Made by a program: the position numbers and the translations under genes. A DNA stretch of 62,431 nucleotides, the filler included. It is 8 parts of 8 records of this genome, joined end to end, with 100 filler letters (N's around TTAATTAATTAA, not from the genome) between each part and the next. Parts side by side here need not be neighbours in the genome. Positions count along the whole stretch, not along the records: positions 1 to 7,991 come from SRR7504441_1685; positions 8,092 to 14,058 come from SRR7504441_1688; 6 more parts are not named here. One strand, 5' to 3'. The notes under the pieces are model-generated. The model did not search any database. It saw only the letters and a list, made by a program, of their open reading frames with translations, and was not told where the DNA came from. The stretch's first letter is position 1, and each line of letters starts with the position of its first letter. Positions 1-10,404 of the stretch are shown piece after piece.

Positions 1-13
1 TGGTCGATCACAA

Positions 14-616
14 TCATGGGATGGTAACGCTCGCGCGCCGCGACTTGGTCACGCTGCTGGAGCTGGCGCTGCCGAATCTGGAGGTGGACACGGAGTTGAC
101 CGCGTTTCCTCCAGTCTGAGCCACTGCCGGACTCGACCTTTTTCCAGGCATGTTGCTGGGTTGTGACCAGGACCGACTCGTGATATCCCAACGGTACACC
201 TCGTCAGTGGCAACGAGACCCCTTTGTCCCGGCACAGTGTTCAACCCCGCAGAGGGGTTTCTCATGCCCCCGATGATATACACTCCACCTTGGTCCTGAC
301 CGAGCGCTGTCCCCCCGGCTCCGATTTGAAAGACGAGCCCAGGATAAGCGAGCCACGGAATCGATGATTGGGGTAGCGTGGACCACGTATTATCTGTAAT
401 CGAGTACACAACCGCAGTTACATAGTCGAGTTGCGTTTGGTCGGTGATTGCGTTCTGGGCGGTGATCTGGTCCGCAGTTAGTGTAGTGCCGCACACGGTG
501 TCACAACTATCGCCTGCAGTGCCCAACACCCAGTTCGCCTTCGTGACCGGCGCCAGCGCGACGAGCGTGATCGTGAGCCAGAGCCGAGCCATTTCAGTGA
601 CGAGGGGCACCGCCAT
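14..616 (-). CDS. Secreted Kelch-repeat-containing protein, fragment (3' part probably chimeric)
   Basis: Signal-peptide-like MARLWLTITLVALAPVTKA (ATG 592, or 616), WVLG..GDSCDTVC motif, Kelch-like GGVYIIGG...DEVYRWDITSRSWSQPSNMPGKRS. The last ~30 codons read like antisense sequence. Confidence 0.55.
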   Translation of the reverse strand: MAVPLVTEMARLWLTITLVALAPVTKANWVLGTAGDSCDTVCGTTLTADQITAQNAITDQTQLDYVTAVVYSITDNTWSTLPQSSIPWLAYPGLVFQIGAGGTALGQDQGGVYIIGGMRNPSAGLNTVPGQRGLVATDEVYRWDITSRSWSQPSNMPGKRSSPAVAQTGGNAVNSVSTSRFGSASSSSVTKSRRASVTIP

Positions 617-661
617 CTTCTTCCGTTATTCCCAAAGCGGGATTCGGCCACCGACAGTGCG

Positions 662-2303
662 ATGGCCCGCAGAGGCGGGGGGCCGGGCAAGGTGTCTCGG
701 CGGGGGGCCAGCGTAGCCGCCTTCTCAGTGGGCGGCGGGTCCAGCTGGAAGGCTGGCCACCCGCTGGCCGGCCGCGGCCACTACCACGGCGAGTGGCGCG
801 CGGGGCAGCCGCATGGGTTCGGCGTCCTGCTGGCGGCTGACGGCGGGCACCAGGCCGGCAGTTTCGCCGGGGGCGAGCTGGAGGGGCCTGGGGTCCGGTT
901 ACGGTCCGATGGAGTGGCTCTAGCCGGCAACTGGGACGAGGGCGCTCTCTTCGGCACCGGGCTCAGAGCTTGCCCAGGGCAAGGCTCGTTCCACGGGGAC
1001 GCTGGCTGCGCCCACCGGATGCTCAAGGGACACGGCGCCCTGACCACCCCGGACGGTTGGCACTACAGCGGCGCGTGGCAGGACGGTCTGCTGCATGGGG
1101 ACGGCAGGTGCGTGGGCCCAGATGGGACCGAGTGGCGCGGGCTGTGGCTGGAGGGCGCGCTCCAGGGCGAAGCGGAGGTCACGCTGGCCGAGCGGGCGGG
1201 CCGCTTCGTGGGGGAGATGTGGGCCGGGCGGCCGAACGGGAGTGCCGAGATCCGGTGGCAGAATGGAGTTTCGCTGGTCGGGCAGCTGGCGCATGGATGG
1301 AGCAAGGCCCAAGGGGTGTGCTGCTGGCCCGATGGCAGCAAGTTTAGAGGGCACTTGGGCTTGGAGCGAGTGGTACCACACGGTCCTGGGGTGCTACTGC
1401 CTGCGGCAGGCGGTTACGTGAGTGCCACATTTGACGATGGTGTACCTAGTGGGACTGGAGTGGCCACCACTTCAGATGGGGTCCGATATGACGGGCTGCT
1501 GGCTGAGGGCCAACCGTCTGGGCATGGGGTGCTTGAGGGCCCAGAGGCGAGCTGGAAGTACAAAGGTGTGCCCTCCGTGTGTTGTGCTAGCAATGGTGCA
1601 GGTGAGTTTGAGGCCGGGGTGCCACACGGGGAGGGAAGTCTGGTGCTCGAGTCAGGGGATGAATATACGGGCCAGTTTATCCAGTGAGTGCGCCCAAGGA
1701 CAACCCGGGCAGTCTTTTGATACGTGAGCCAGGTCGCTCTTCGAAGGTCAAGGTTCGTTCACGAGGCAGGGCGATGACAGCACACAGTACCAGGGTAAGG
1801 AACCTAGCGTAGTAAGCTAAGCTGAGGTATCAGCAGGCGAGTGGCACGGCGGACAGATGCATGGGCACGGGGAGCTGCACATGGATAGTCAGCGGGGATG
1901 GTATAAAGGAGAATTCAAGGACGGATTGATGCATGGTCGTGGGGCTCGCCAGTTTGGCAATGGGGACACTTACTCTGGCGAGTGGCACGAGTCGCAGTTT
2001 CACGGGACTGGTATGTATGACTGGGCTTCAGGCGAGCGGTACCTCGGCCAGTTTGCTGACGGCAAGGCCCATGGTTCGGGCAAGAAGGTCTACCAAGAGG
2101 GGATGTTTTATGTGGGCCAATTTGAAGCTGATTCGCCATGCGGTAGCGGACTGTTCGTGTATGAGGGTGCTGCGGGCGAAGAAGCAGTGGCTGGGACGTT
2201 TGAGCGTGCTGATAGTAGTCACAATAGACACGGTCCGATTGCAGGGAAATACGAGACCCCTGACGGTTCAATTTGCGTGCACCAGATGGTAGGAACGAGC
2301 TAG
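662..2303 (+). CDS. MORN-repeat protein (spliced)
   Basis: Many YxGxWxxGxxHGxG repeats. Introns 1566-1601, 1684-1732 and 1795-1836 (GT-AG) join ORFs 662-1687 and 1857-2303 in frame and restore repeats (YKG/EFEAG, YQG/EWHGG). Confidence 0.85.
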
Positions 2304-2517
2304 CAAGAGACTTTGTGTTAACTTTGTGTATACCAAACATTAATGAACGAGCAATATAGATACCTGTACATTTATTCGCGAAGTCGAGGGCTCCTAGGCC
2401 ACATAACCGGATTTAATGATACGAGCAAACTAATTACAACTTCCTTGCTTGTCTAGTTGCTGTTTAGTTGCTGTTTAATGCGAAAGCTCTGGTCTATACG
2501 GTTCATAGCGTAGTCAC

Positions 2518-5202
2518 TTATGTCGGTTGCAGATCTAACCTCCACTCTGCACCAGTTGGTGCTTGGAATTCGACAACGCCGTCAGGGTCCGCAGTGACAA
2601 AGAGGGGTGGCGATTGCTTAAGCAGATCATGGATCGATGTGACACTAAGCTGCACAACTTGAGCAGAACTGTATCCGCCCACACGGAATCTTTTGACACC
2701 AGAGAGCCTCTTTGTTTGAATAGACACTCTCAGCAAGCCATCAGTCTGGGCATTGTACTCAACTAGAAGTCCAGAGAGGCTGTACCGGAAATTGGCATTC
2801 AATGGACCGCGGTGCGCGCGCTGTCCATGATTCCTGGTGGGTTCTGCTGACTGGAAGAGGGCTGTCCAAGGAAGAATATCGATAGAGGTCAGGCCTATAG
2901 TGATCCCATATTTCACCTTCTGAATAACCATGGCTATGACCTCGGGGTACTCGTGATAGAAAGGATCATGGCTAGCTAGACCCTCGCAAGTGTACCGCTC
3001 TGCCATCCATGTATTTCTCCGCTGATCAGCCTGCATTGTACCAAGCAGCCATGAGAATGTCGTCGCGTCATTGACTCGTCGAAGACTGAGAGCATCCATA
3101 TAAAATACCCTTGCCATAGCGACAGAGGAATCTCCAACCATGCCTCCATTCGTCTGATTTTTGCCCATATATCTGCCGGTAAGCATGGTGCCATAGCCAC
3201 CCGGCCTGATGCAAGGCAGAAGGGCCAGACGCTTCATAATGGCAAGAGCCTGAGATTCATCTGCAACACCCAATGCCACCGCCATAAGATTTGAATCAAT
3301 GTCCAGGTAATCGCTAGTAGAGCTGTCCGGATTGAGCTGCGTTATGTAGTGATCTCCGGTAGTATTGTCCCATAAGTGAGCATTGATACTGTTTCGAAGC
3401 TTTGAAGCAACGTTATGCGCCTTTGAGGCACCGGAGCTATTGCCGAAGTAGGCTTCTACTTCTGCATATCTGCGGAAAACTTCTACGGCTATTATATTGG
3501 TATCTGCGGTGAAATTGCTACGGAGAAATGGATCTACCCACAAAGGTCCTGTACAGCGAATCAATCCGACGCTATCAAAGTCGGAGGGCAGCGATGAGTT
3601 CACCAGATTGAACTGGGTGAGCATCCAGACAGCAGCACGAAGCTGCGGCAAGACAGATTGAAGCCACAGGTAATCACCAGTTTTTGCTGCAAAGTCCATC
3701 ATTGCCAGAGGAACAAAGATCATTGCTGCAGTACTGCAGAGAGGATGCGGGCAGTACGATGGGCAAAAGAAGCCGTTGCTCTCCGTTGTGTGCTTCTTAG
3801 AACAGACACAGGAACAGCATCCTTGTGGGTAGTGGCAGTTCTCGGGAGGATACATCGCTATTGGGAGCTGCCCCACGACGCAACGGTCCTCACCCTCGGT
3901 CACTGTCTGGGTGCACTGGCCACTAATTGTGGTATTAAGCAGCTTTTTGGCCTCGTTGAGCACATATTTATCCTCAGCCATCGTCATTGTGTTGATGATG
4001 ATCCAGCTGTCCGGATCAAAATTGTTGTACGAACCTTCAGCAAAGTGAACAGGACTTGCCAGCCCTCCCACCACCGCCCCAAGTGGATGGTTAATGAAAC
4101 TCGTCATCGTACCCATAGCCGAGCCGTATACAGCTGACAATATTGCGGCCTGGTCCTCAATGCTATCATCGGGACGAGCCGTAGCATCACCACCACAGCC
4201 CTCACCATCACCAGCCGAAGGCGGAAATGCAAACTCGCTTGCAAGCAGGCACACGGCAGCAGTCCAACTCTCACCGAGTCTGACAGCAGTCGGCACGGCG
4301 TTCTCCCAGCCTGCACGCCAACTGCCGACTGGACTGCCGGGTGCTTTGGGCATGAGAGCTGGTCGAAAGGCACACGAGTCCCAGGTCGAGCCAAAGTCTC
4401 CCGCCAGCACAATCTGCAGACCGGTCGGGCCACTCTCTCCGGAGCTCCAAGAGCCCCGAGCAATCACCACAGCCTCAGTTGCACCGCCCGGTAACGGCAC
4501 CACCTCCACCGCTCCACCGGTGTTGCCTACCCCACCCAGAGCATAGAAGCGCCGGAGTGGGTTCCCAGCTGGTGGACTCCAGAACGGTTTGGGGGCATTC
4601 ATCATCTGCATTACTCCCTTATCGTACAGCGCATACGCCGAGCGCGGTGTAAAGTCGTGGGCTAGGCGCACGGCAGTGACATTGCCGGCTTGCAGCAGGA
4701 CGGTCGCGTTAACCCTCAGCTCCAAGCCTCTGGCGCCCCGCCTCAGCGCCAGCCACCAACTGGAGCTGACTGACGGCTGTCTGGCTGCATCCAGCACCCC
4801 GGGCACCAGCACCGTCACCTGCTGCTCGTCCCGCCGAAGTACCTCCGCCACCAGCGCTGTCGCACCGCACCCTGCTCGGGCGCTGCTCCGGCCCGGCTGC
4901 ACTCCGTACGGGCAGCTGCCGGGGGCGCCGCAGCCCGCCGCAGCGAAGCCCTGCACCTCTAGCGAGACGCCGTTGGCTGCAGACAAGAGGTTCTGCCCGT
5001 AGTTGCCTCGCCCGCGGCTGTCGGCCTGGAGCGCCGAGAGCCGCGGGCACACCAAGTCCATCGTGACTGTTACAAACCCGTTCGACAGGCTGAACGAGCC
5101 GCTACGGCGGGTGTACGCCACCGGCAGCGGGGAGGCGGCCCATACGGCTGGCACTGCGCAGCAGAGCACGAGTACGAGACACTCGAGTTGAGGCTCTTTC
5201 AT
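2518..5202 (-). CDS. Secreted glycoside hydrolase-like protein, (alpha/alpha)6 six-hairpin fold
   Basis: 894-aa ORF with signal peptide and six-hairpin glycosidase-type motifs (KTGDYLWL, ADTN, INAHLWD...HY, DSNLMAVALGVA, MAERY, YHEYPE). GH family not assigned. Confidence 0.65.
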   Translation of the reverse strand: MKEPQLECLVLVLCCAVPAVWAASPLPVAYTRRSGSFSLSNGFVTVTMDLVCPRLSALQADSRGRGNYGQNLLSAANGVSLEVQGFAAAGCGAPGSCPYGVQPGRSSARAGCGATALVAEVLRRDEQQVTVLVPGVLDAARQPSVSSSWWLALRRGARGLELRVNATVLLQAGNVTAVRLAHDFTPRSAYALYDKGVMQMMNAPKPFWSPPAGNPLRRFYALGGVGNTGGAVEVVPLPGGATEAVVIARGSWSSGESGPTGLQIVLAGDFGSTWDSCAFRPALMPKAPGSPVGSWRAGWENAVPTAVRLGESWTAAVCLLASEFAFPPSAGDGEGCGGDATARPDDSIEDQAAILSAVYGSAMGTMTSFINHPLGAVVGGLASPVHFAEGSYNNFDPDSWIIINTMTMAEDKYVLNEAKKLLNTTISGQCTQTVTEGEDRCVVGQLPIAMYPPENCHYPQGCCSCVCSKKHTTESNGFFCPSYCPHPLCSTAAMIFVPLAMMDFAAKTGDYLWLQSVLPQLRAAVWMLTQFNLVNSSLPSDFDSVGLIRCTGPLWVDPFLRSNFTADTNIIAVEVFRRYAEVEAYFGNSSGASKAHNVASKLRNSINAHLWDNTTGDHYITQLNPDSSTSDYLDIDSNLMAVALGVADESQALAIMKRLALLPCIRPGGYGTMLTGRYMGKNQTNGGMVGDSSVAMARVFYMDALSLRRVNDATTFSWLLGTMQADQRRNTWMAERYTCEGLASHDPFYHEYPEVIAMVIQKVKYGITIGLTSIDILPWTALFQSAEPTRNHGQRAHRGPLNANFRYSLSGLLVEYNAQTDGLLRVSIQTKRLSGVKRFRVGGYSSAQVVQLSVTSIHDLLKQSPPLFVTADPDGVVEFQAPTGAEWRLDLQPT

Positions 5203-5315
5203 CTTTAGACGGCCACTGTGCTAGAGACCCATTGCGGCAGGGCCCGAGTTTCCGTTATCTCCTGAGTGTGTGAAGCTTCGAGAAGCTGTAACCGCTGCCG
5301 CAGACTCGCTCCATC

Positions 5316-5838
5316 ATGTCGACGTAAGCCGACTCCCACTGCCTATTGCGAACGGGCAACGCCCCCCATGCTCTGCCCAGGCTCGGTCTGACGATTGTGT
5401 CAGCGCACTCGCTCTGGCGTCAATCCGTGGCTACGGCTATCCCTACGGCGGCTACGGCTTCCCGTACGGCGCTGGCTACGGCTACGGATACCCATATGGC
5501 GCTGGCTACGGCTACGGATACCCGTATGGTGCTGGCTACGGCTACGGCTACAGCGGGTACCCTTACGGCGCTGGCTACGGCTACCCATATGGCGCTGGCT
5601 ACGGCTACGGCGGCTACGGCTACGGCCCCTACGGCGGCTACGGCTATCCTTACGGCGGGGTAAGCACGTGTCGAATAGTGTCGCCCAGGAGGGGTGTCGA
5701 CCTGCAGCTGGCTAGATGGCCGTAAGAATTAGATGGCCGGCCCGACTTCCGTGTTGTCGCCAGTCGACGCTATCAATCTTGCCTCACTTGTGTGGCTTGC
5801 AGTATGGCCGATATGGATACGGCTACCCGTACTTTTAA
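5316..5838 (+). CDS. Gly/Tyr/Pro-rich low-complexity protein, 99 aa, 3 exons
   Basis: ATG 5316. Introns 5324-5403 (GTAAG...CTGAC...CAG) and 5660-5802 (GTAAG...GCAG). Spliced product MSTALALASIR(GYGYPYGA)n...GYPYF, stop 5836-5838. Confidence 0.8.
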
Positions 5839-6397
5839 GCAGCGCACCCACTCGACAGCTCAAGGAAACCTGCACTGACAAGGGCGCAGCATGATCCTGA
5901 TCTGCAACTAGTTACTTTGATGAGTGGCTGTGTCGATGGCTTTTTCAACGCAAATGTGTGTTGTGGAGATCGTCTAGGACCACGAACTCCGCCTAACATA
6001 GGAATGACCAGGAAGGTGAGTCCAGACATAAAATTGGATCTAGCCTGGCTTGCATCCGATGCTCTCTCCATATGCCTGATGATGAAGTGATCGTTTCGGA
6101 TCAGAAGACTTACCGTAGCATCGTGTTCCCATCAGGCTATGGCTGCACATGATAGTACTAGTCTCGCCATCCAAAACATATGTCGGTAATATGTCGGTGC
6201 GAATCGGACGTACTTGAGATCAGATAATGCCACAATATAACCGAGCGTGTGCGCAAGGTTCATGATAAATCATTTATTTAATGTTATTATCATTAAACGC
6301 TTTAGTGCAATACAGATTGGCCGGTGACTTAGCCCGTCCAAACGGAGCCAGCTCTCCGCTCACCTGTCGCTCTCCTGGCCCAAACCAATCAATTAGC

Positions 6398-7387
6398 TCA
6401 GGCTCCCGAGACAGACCTCCTTAGCCAGAGACGCGCCCGAGTCCAGCTCATCCTCACGTCAGCCAGGATTGTAAAGTCCGGACGGTGCAGTGGCGACCAG
6501 CCGGCTGCTTCCTGCGCCCTCCTGCGCGGCCTGCAGTCTATTCTAGTCTCGAGCAGCGCTGCTATGAACGCCCAGCTGCCGAGGCAGAATGGTCCAGCCA
6601 CCCAACACGGGGCTGAGCAGAATATAAACAGCAAACAGACTCCGACCAGCACCACCATCCTTCGCAGATGGGTAGGCTTGTCGAAATTGTCCCAGTACGT
6701 GCTCACCTGCCGCCGCACAGCTCGCACCGCGCCCTCGCCTGCACACACCTCCCATTGCCGGAAGCCATACAGATACCCTCCGGCCGCTGCCGGCGCGGCC
6801 CCGACCCTCGGCATTGCCCGCCGCAGCCGGTCCCTCGCCTCAGCCTGGAAATCAAAGTCGCACCCGTGCTGCTCGGGGTATCGGTGCCGTTCGCAGAAGA
6901 ACCGCCGGCACTTGCATGGCAGAGCCATGAGCCTCAACTGGGCAGAGCACACTGCGCACCGCTCGTGGTCGGAGCCGCGTCCGGCGTCGCGCGCGCCGGC
7001 CACTCTCTCTCGGCACAGCGGGCACTCGGTGACTTGCGGGGCGCAGACGCTGCAGAGGCAGTGCCGGCACGGTTGAAGTTTGACATCCGCCGGCCGCTCG
7101 AGGCAGACCGGGCACTCGGCCATCGAGCCGTAGCTGCCAGCCGGGCGAGGATTGGCCCGGGTGTGCAGCGTGAGCCAAGCCTGGGGCGCCGCAGCCAGCA
7201 CCCCGGGGAGCGAGGCGCGGGGCTTGAGCAGCAGTTTCCCGTTGCAGATCAGGTCCTGCAGCGACACGGCCGGGCCCCCGGCGGCCGCGATGGCCTCCTT
7301 GGCCTGGCCCACGGTGCTGGAGCGGGGCACTCGATAGGTCTCGCCGGCGACCGTCTTGACCACGACCCACTCCTCGGCGTCAGCCAT
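6398..7387 (-). CDS. Ubiquitin-like + RING (C3HC4) + AN1 zinc finger + membrane domain protein
   Basis: UBL (VKTVAG...TVGQAKEAI...QDLICNGKLL), RING CPVC...PCRH.LC..C...CPLCR, AN1 CAVC...CKC...FC..HRYPEQHGC, C-terminal hydrophobic helices. Probable intron 6707-6748. Confidence 0.8.
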   Translation of the reverse strand: MADAEEWVVVKTVAGETYRVPRSSTVGQAKEAIAAAGGPAVSLQDLICNGKLLLKPRASLPGVLAAAPQAWLTLHTRANPRPAGSYGSMAECPVCLERPADVKLQPCRHCLCSVCAPQVTECPLCRERVAGARDAGRGSDHERCAVCSAQLRLMALPCKCRRFFCERHRYPEQHGCDFDFQAEARDRLRRAMPRVGAAPAAAGGYLYGFRQWEVCAGEGAVRAVRRQVSTYWDNFDKPTHLRRMVVLVGVCLLFIFCSAPCWVAGPFCLGSWAFIAALLETRIDCRPRRRAQEAAGWSPLHRPDFTILADVRMSWTRARLWLRRSVSGA

Positions 7388-7470
7388 ACTACCGGTGACC
7401 TTGCGGACTGGATTTAACGGACGTACAAAGTGAAGTAAGTCGCGATCGTGAGTGTGTTTTCGGCTCAATC

Positions 7471-7991
7471 ATGGCGTGTCAACAGGATATGACCAAGGCC
7501 GGGCGGATCTACCAGAATCCCATGAACCGCCGTGAGCTGTGGTGCAACGTAGGATGGAACACCGGCGGCGCCCAGATATGGCCCTCGTACCCCAAGGAGC
7601 TGGCTAGCATCGGCATTGCGCAGGACAACTTTGATGCAGTCATGCAGGGGCTGAAGAAAGAGTTCGACGAGGATCCTGCGTGCTCCAACTTTTGCTGTGC
7701 AGCGCTCGCCTTATATTGCTGCCTCTGCACGGCCGGAATCTCGTGCGCGGTCGCGTACTGCATGGTTGCCTGATGGCTGGCCCAGTGCGTGAAGCGGCGA
7801 GACAGGTCAATTCCTTCAATAAACGGCTGGAGAAGAAGCTCGAGGAGATAAAGAAGGAACTCAAGAACTTCAAGGGCGACGTCAGGTTCGAGATGACCCA
7901 AATGGCCAGCCCTAACTCTGGCGCATGGCTCGACTCTGTCGGTATCATCTTCTATCGGTCTGGTTGGCTGATCGGCTGGCAGGCAACCAGT
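7471..7991 (+). CDS. Cys-rich membrane-associated protein, ERF4/GOLGA7/CHIC-like (3' truncated)
   Basis: YPKEL...I...FDAVM..L followed by a CC/CLC-rich hydrophobic stretch and a coiled segment. Intron 7765-7805. Confidence 0.5.
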
Positions 7992-8091
7992 NNNNNNNNN
8001 NNNNNNNNNNNNNNNNNNNNNNNNNNNNNNNNNNNTTAATTAATTAANNNNNNNNNNNNNNNNNNNNNNNNNNNNNNNNNNNNNNNNNNNN
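7992..8091. other. Artificial contig linker N44-TTAATTAATTAA-N44 (also 14059-14158, 19266-19365, 24628-24727, 28292-28391, 34816-34915, 39803-39902)
   Basis: The identical 100-nt spacer with all-frame stop codons occurs seven times. Confidence 0.97.
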
Positions 8092-8158
8092 TAAGAAGAG
8101 CTCCACAGAACCCGGCGGTCAACTCGGGTCGCCGCCTCCGCAGCAGCGCAGAGGAAAC

Positions 8159-9226
8159 ATGGCGGTGGAGCCGCGGGTGCTGGTGGCCGGAGCTGGGCTG
8201 ACCGGGAGCGCGGCGTGCCATCTGCTCGGCCCCGGCCTGTCGGTGGCGCTCTGGGACAAGGCGGCCGGGCCGGGCGGCCGGATGGCCACCTGCCGGGCGG
8301 CGGGCGGCGGGCAGGCCGACCTCGGAGCCCAGTACGTCTCGATCGGGGCCGGGGGCGGGAACAGCACGGCAATTGGGTACGACTGGCTGGCCCAGCGCGG
8401 TCTGCTCGCCAAGTTCGACGGGGTAGTGCTCAACGCGCGCGATTCGCACCACAGCGCCAGCCATCTTGTGGCCCCTGCGGGCCTCGAGCAAATCTGCCGG
8501 GAGCTGGCCAGCCCGGCCGAGACCCAGCTCGGCCGGCAGCTCACCGGGCTCGATCTGGTCAACGGCCAGTGGCGTGCCGAGTCGGAGGCCGGGCCGGAGC
8601 TTTTCGACGCAGTGGTGTTGGCGGTCCCGACCCCGGCAGCCCTGGCGCTCTCCGGGGAGGCAGCCGGCCTGATCCGGCGGGCCGGGGCCGAGCGGGTGCA
8701 ATACTCCACTCGCTGGGCGGTGGGGCTCTTTTACCCGCCGGCCGCCTGGCCTGCGCTCTCTCGGCTGTCGTGGGCGGGCCGGTATGTCACAAAGCAGGAG
8801 GACGATACGCTCGTTTGGCTCGGATTCGACAGCCGCAAGCGGGGCGCTCCCGAGGCCGGCGAGCCGGGGCCTGTGCTGGTGGCGCACACCAGCGTGCCGT
8901 GGGGCATAGCCCATCAGGCCGAGCCTGCAGATTGGGTAGGTGCACACGTGGCTGCTAGAGTGGAGCACTTGCTGGCCTCAGAGCTGGGCCAGCCGCCCCC
9001 CGTGCCCGCTGAGACAATCCCGCTGCTCTGGCGCGAGTCGCAGGTCCGGCCGGGGACCGAGCTGGCCTGTGAGCCCGGGGCGTTGCTGTTGGAGCAGCAG
9101 GGGCCGCCGCTTGTGCTCGCAGGCGACGGAGTGGCCGGGAGCAACTTTGAGAACTGCCTGCGGTCGGCGGAGGCGGCCGCCCAGATCGTGCGGACCGGAC
9201 TGGGGCTCAGCGCGGCCAACTTGTGA
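8159..9226 (+). CDS. RNLS: Renalase-like FAD-dependent oxidoreductase
   Basis: VAGAGLTG, WDKA.G.GGRMAT, DLGAQY, VVLAVPTP, LAGDG...SNFENCLRSA. Intronless, 355 aa. Confidence 0.85.
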   Translation: MAVEPRVLVAGAGLTGSAACHLLGPGLSVALWDKAAGPGGRMATCRAAGGGQADLGAQYVSIGAGGGNSTAIGYDWLAQRGLLAKFDGVVLNARDSHHSASHLVAPAGLEQICRELASPAETQLGRQLTGLDLVNGQWRAESEAGPELFDAVVLAVPTPAALALSGEAAGLIRRAGAERVQYSTRWAVGLFYPPAAWPALSRLSWAGRYVTKQEDDTLVWLGFDSRKRGAPEAGEPGPVLVAHTSVPWGIAHQAEPADWVGAHVAARVEHLLASELGQPPPVPAETIPLLWRESQVRPGTELACEPGALLLEQQGPPLVLAGDGVAGSNFENCLRSAEAAAQIVRTGLGLSAANL

Positions 9227-9309
9227 ACTGGAGTGCTCCGTTCGTAAAGCGCTCGCCATCTAGATCTATTGTACGAATTGTAAGTACGCGTATGGAAGAT
9301 TCAATAATA

Positions 9310-10338
9310 TCAGGTGCATCCGCCATCGACCTGACTCGCGCCGCCGTACCGGCTCACTAGCCTCGCCTCCACCTCGCTCGCCAGCCCCTCCGTCCCCTCC
9401 TCCTCCCCCGCCTCCGCCCCCAGCTGCCTCAGCCGCTCCATCACAGCCTCGCTCTCGCCGCCCCCCCGCAGCTCCACGATCGGCGCCAGCCTGTACCCGC
9501 GGTGAGATGGTATTGCGTGCGTCCGGCCTATCAGCGCCAGCGGCTCCGACCCATCGCACAGCACCGCGCACGGCACCCTCCCGCTCTCCACCGGCCCCAG
9601 CGCGTACGAGCCCCCGGCCGGCAGCAGCACCGACCCGCGCGCTAGGGTGCCGCCCCTGTCGAGCCCCTTGAGCAGCCGGGTGGCCGCCCTGGCCGGGCCA
9701 TTGTTCTCTTCAGTGATCAGCCTGAGCTCGAATAGCAACTCAGTCGGGCCCGGGCTCAGCAGCCGGTGCCCAAGCACCACCCTGACCGCCCGGTCTGCCC
9801 CTCCCTCGAGCTGCGCCGCGCTGGTGTCGAAATGGTGCCCCAAGTAGAGCCCCGAATCCTCCCGCCCCGGCAGGTACAGCTGCGCGAACAGCCCAGAGCT
9901 CGGCTGGCCGGCCCGGGCCCGCTCGAGCGTGCTCGGCGGCAGGCACCCGGCCGCCCGGCAGATCTCGCCCACCGCCAGCCGCACGGCCTCACCGGCCGGG
10001 CATCCCATCGCAGGGTCGTACCCGAGCCCCAGCACACACCGGCCGCCCGCCTGGGTAGGTTGTGCACGGGCCCGCAGCGGCGCCTCGAGCGCCAGCGTCA
10101 GCAGCGGGTGGCCGATCCGGCGCCCGAGCCTCTGGCCGAGCAGGATGTGTTCCGGGGCGGCCGGCAGCGGGCCGGTGCTGCTGGGCAGGCAAGCACTGGG
10201 CCCCCGGCGGAGCTGGGCCAAGAGCTGGTGCAGCTGGACTACCGGCAGACCCTCGGGCAGCCCAGCCGGCCGGGCGAGCGGCGGGTTGAACCGAGCCGGC
10301 CGGGACCAGCCGCAGCCGCCCTTGTCGGGTCGCTGCAT
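9310..10338 (-). CDS. AlkB-like 2OG-Fe(II) dioxygenase
   Basis: QLYLPG...LGHHFD (HxD), distal THAIP and YRL...R in AlkB-family spacing. Confidence 0.6.
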   Translation of the reverse strand: MQRPDKGGCGWSRPARFNPPLARPAGLPEGLPVVQLHQLLAQLRRGPSACLPSSTGPLPAAPEHILLGQRLGRRIGHPLLTLALEAPLRARAQPTQAGGRCVLGLGYDPAMGCPAGEAVRLAVGEICRAAGCLPPSTLERARAGQPSSGLFAQLYLPGREDSGLYLGHHFDTSAAQLEGGADRAVRVVLGHRLLSPGPTELLFELRLITEENNGPARAATRLLKGLDRGGTLARGSVLLPAGGSYALGPVESGRVPCAVLCDGSEPLALIGRTHAIPSHRGYRLAPIVELRGGGESEAVMERLRQLGAEAGEEEGTEGLASEVEARLVSRYGGASQVDGGCT

Positions 10339-10404
10339 CGGTCAGCAGATTGTCAAGATTGCCGCACGCGTTTCAGGAAGCTTCGCACAGGGGCGCGGCT
10401 CATC

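Noticed and set aside
5428-5659. Tandem GGCTAC/TACGGC repeats as a CRISPR array or satellite
   Set aside because: No unique spacers; synonymous third-position variation shows a protein-coding repeat.
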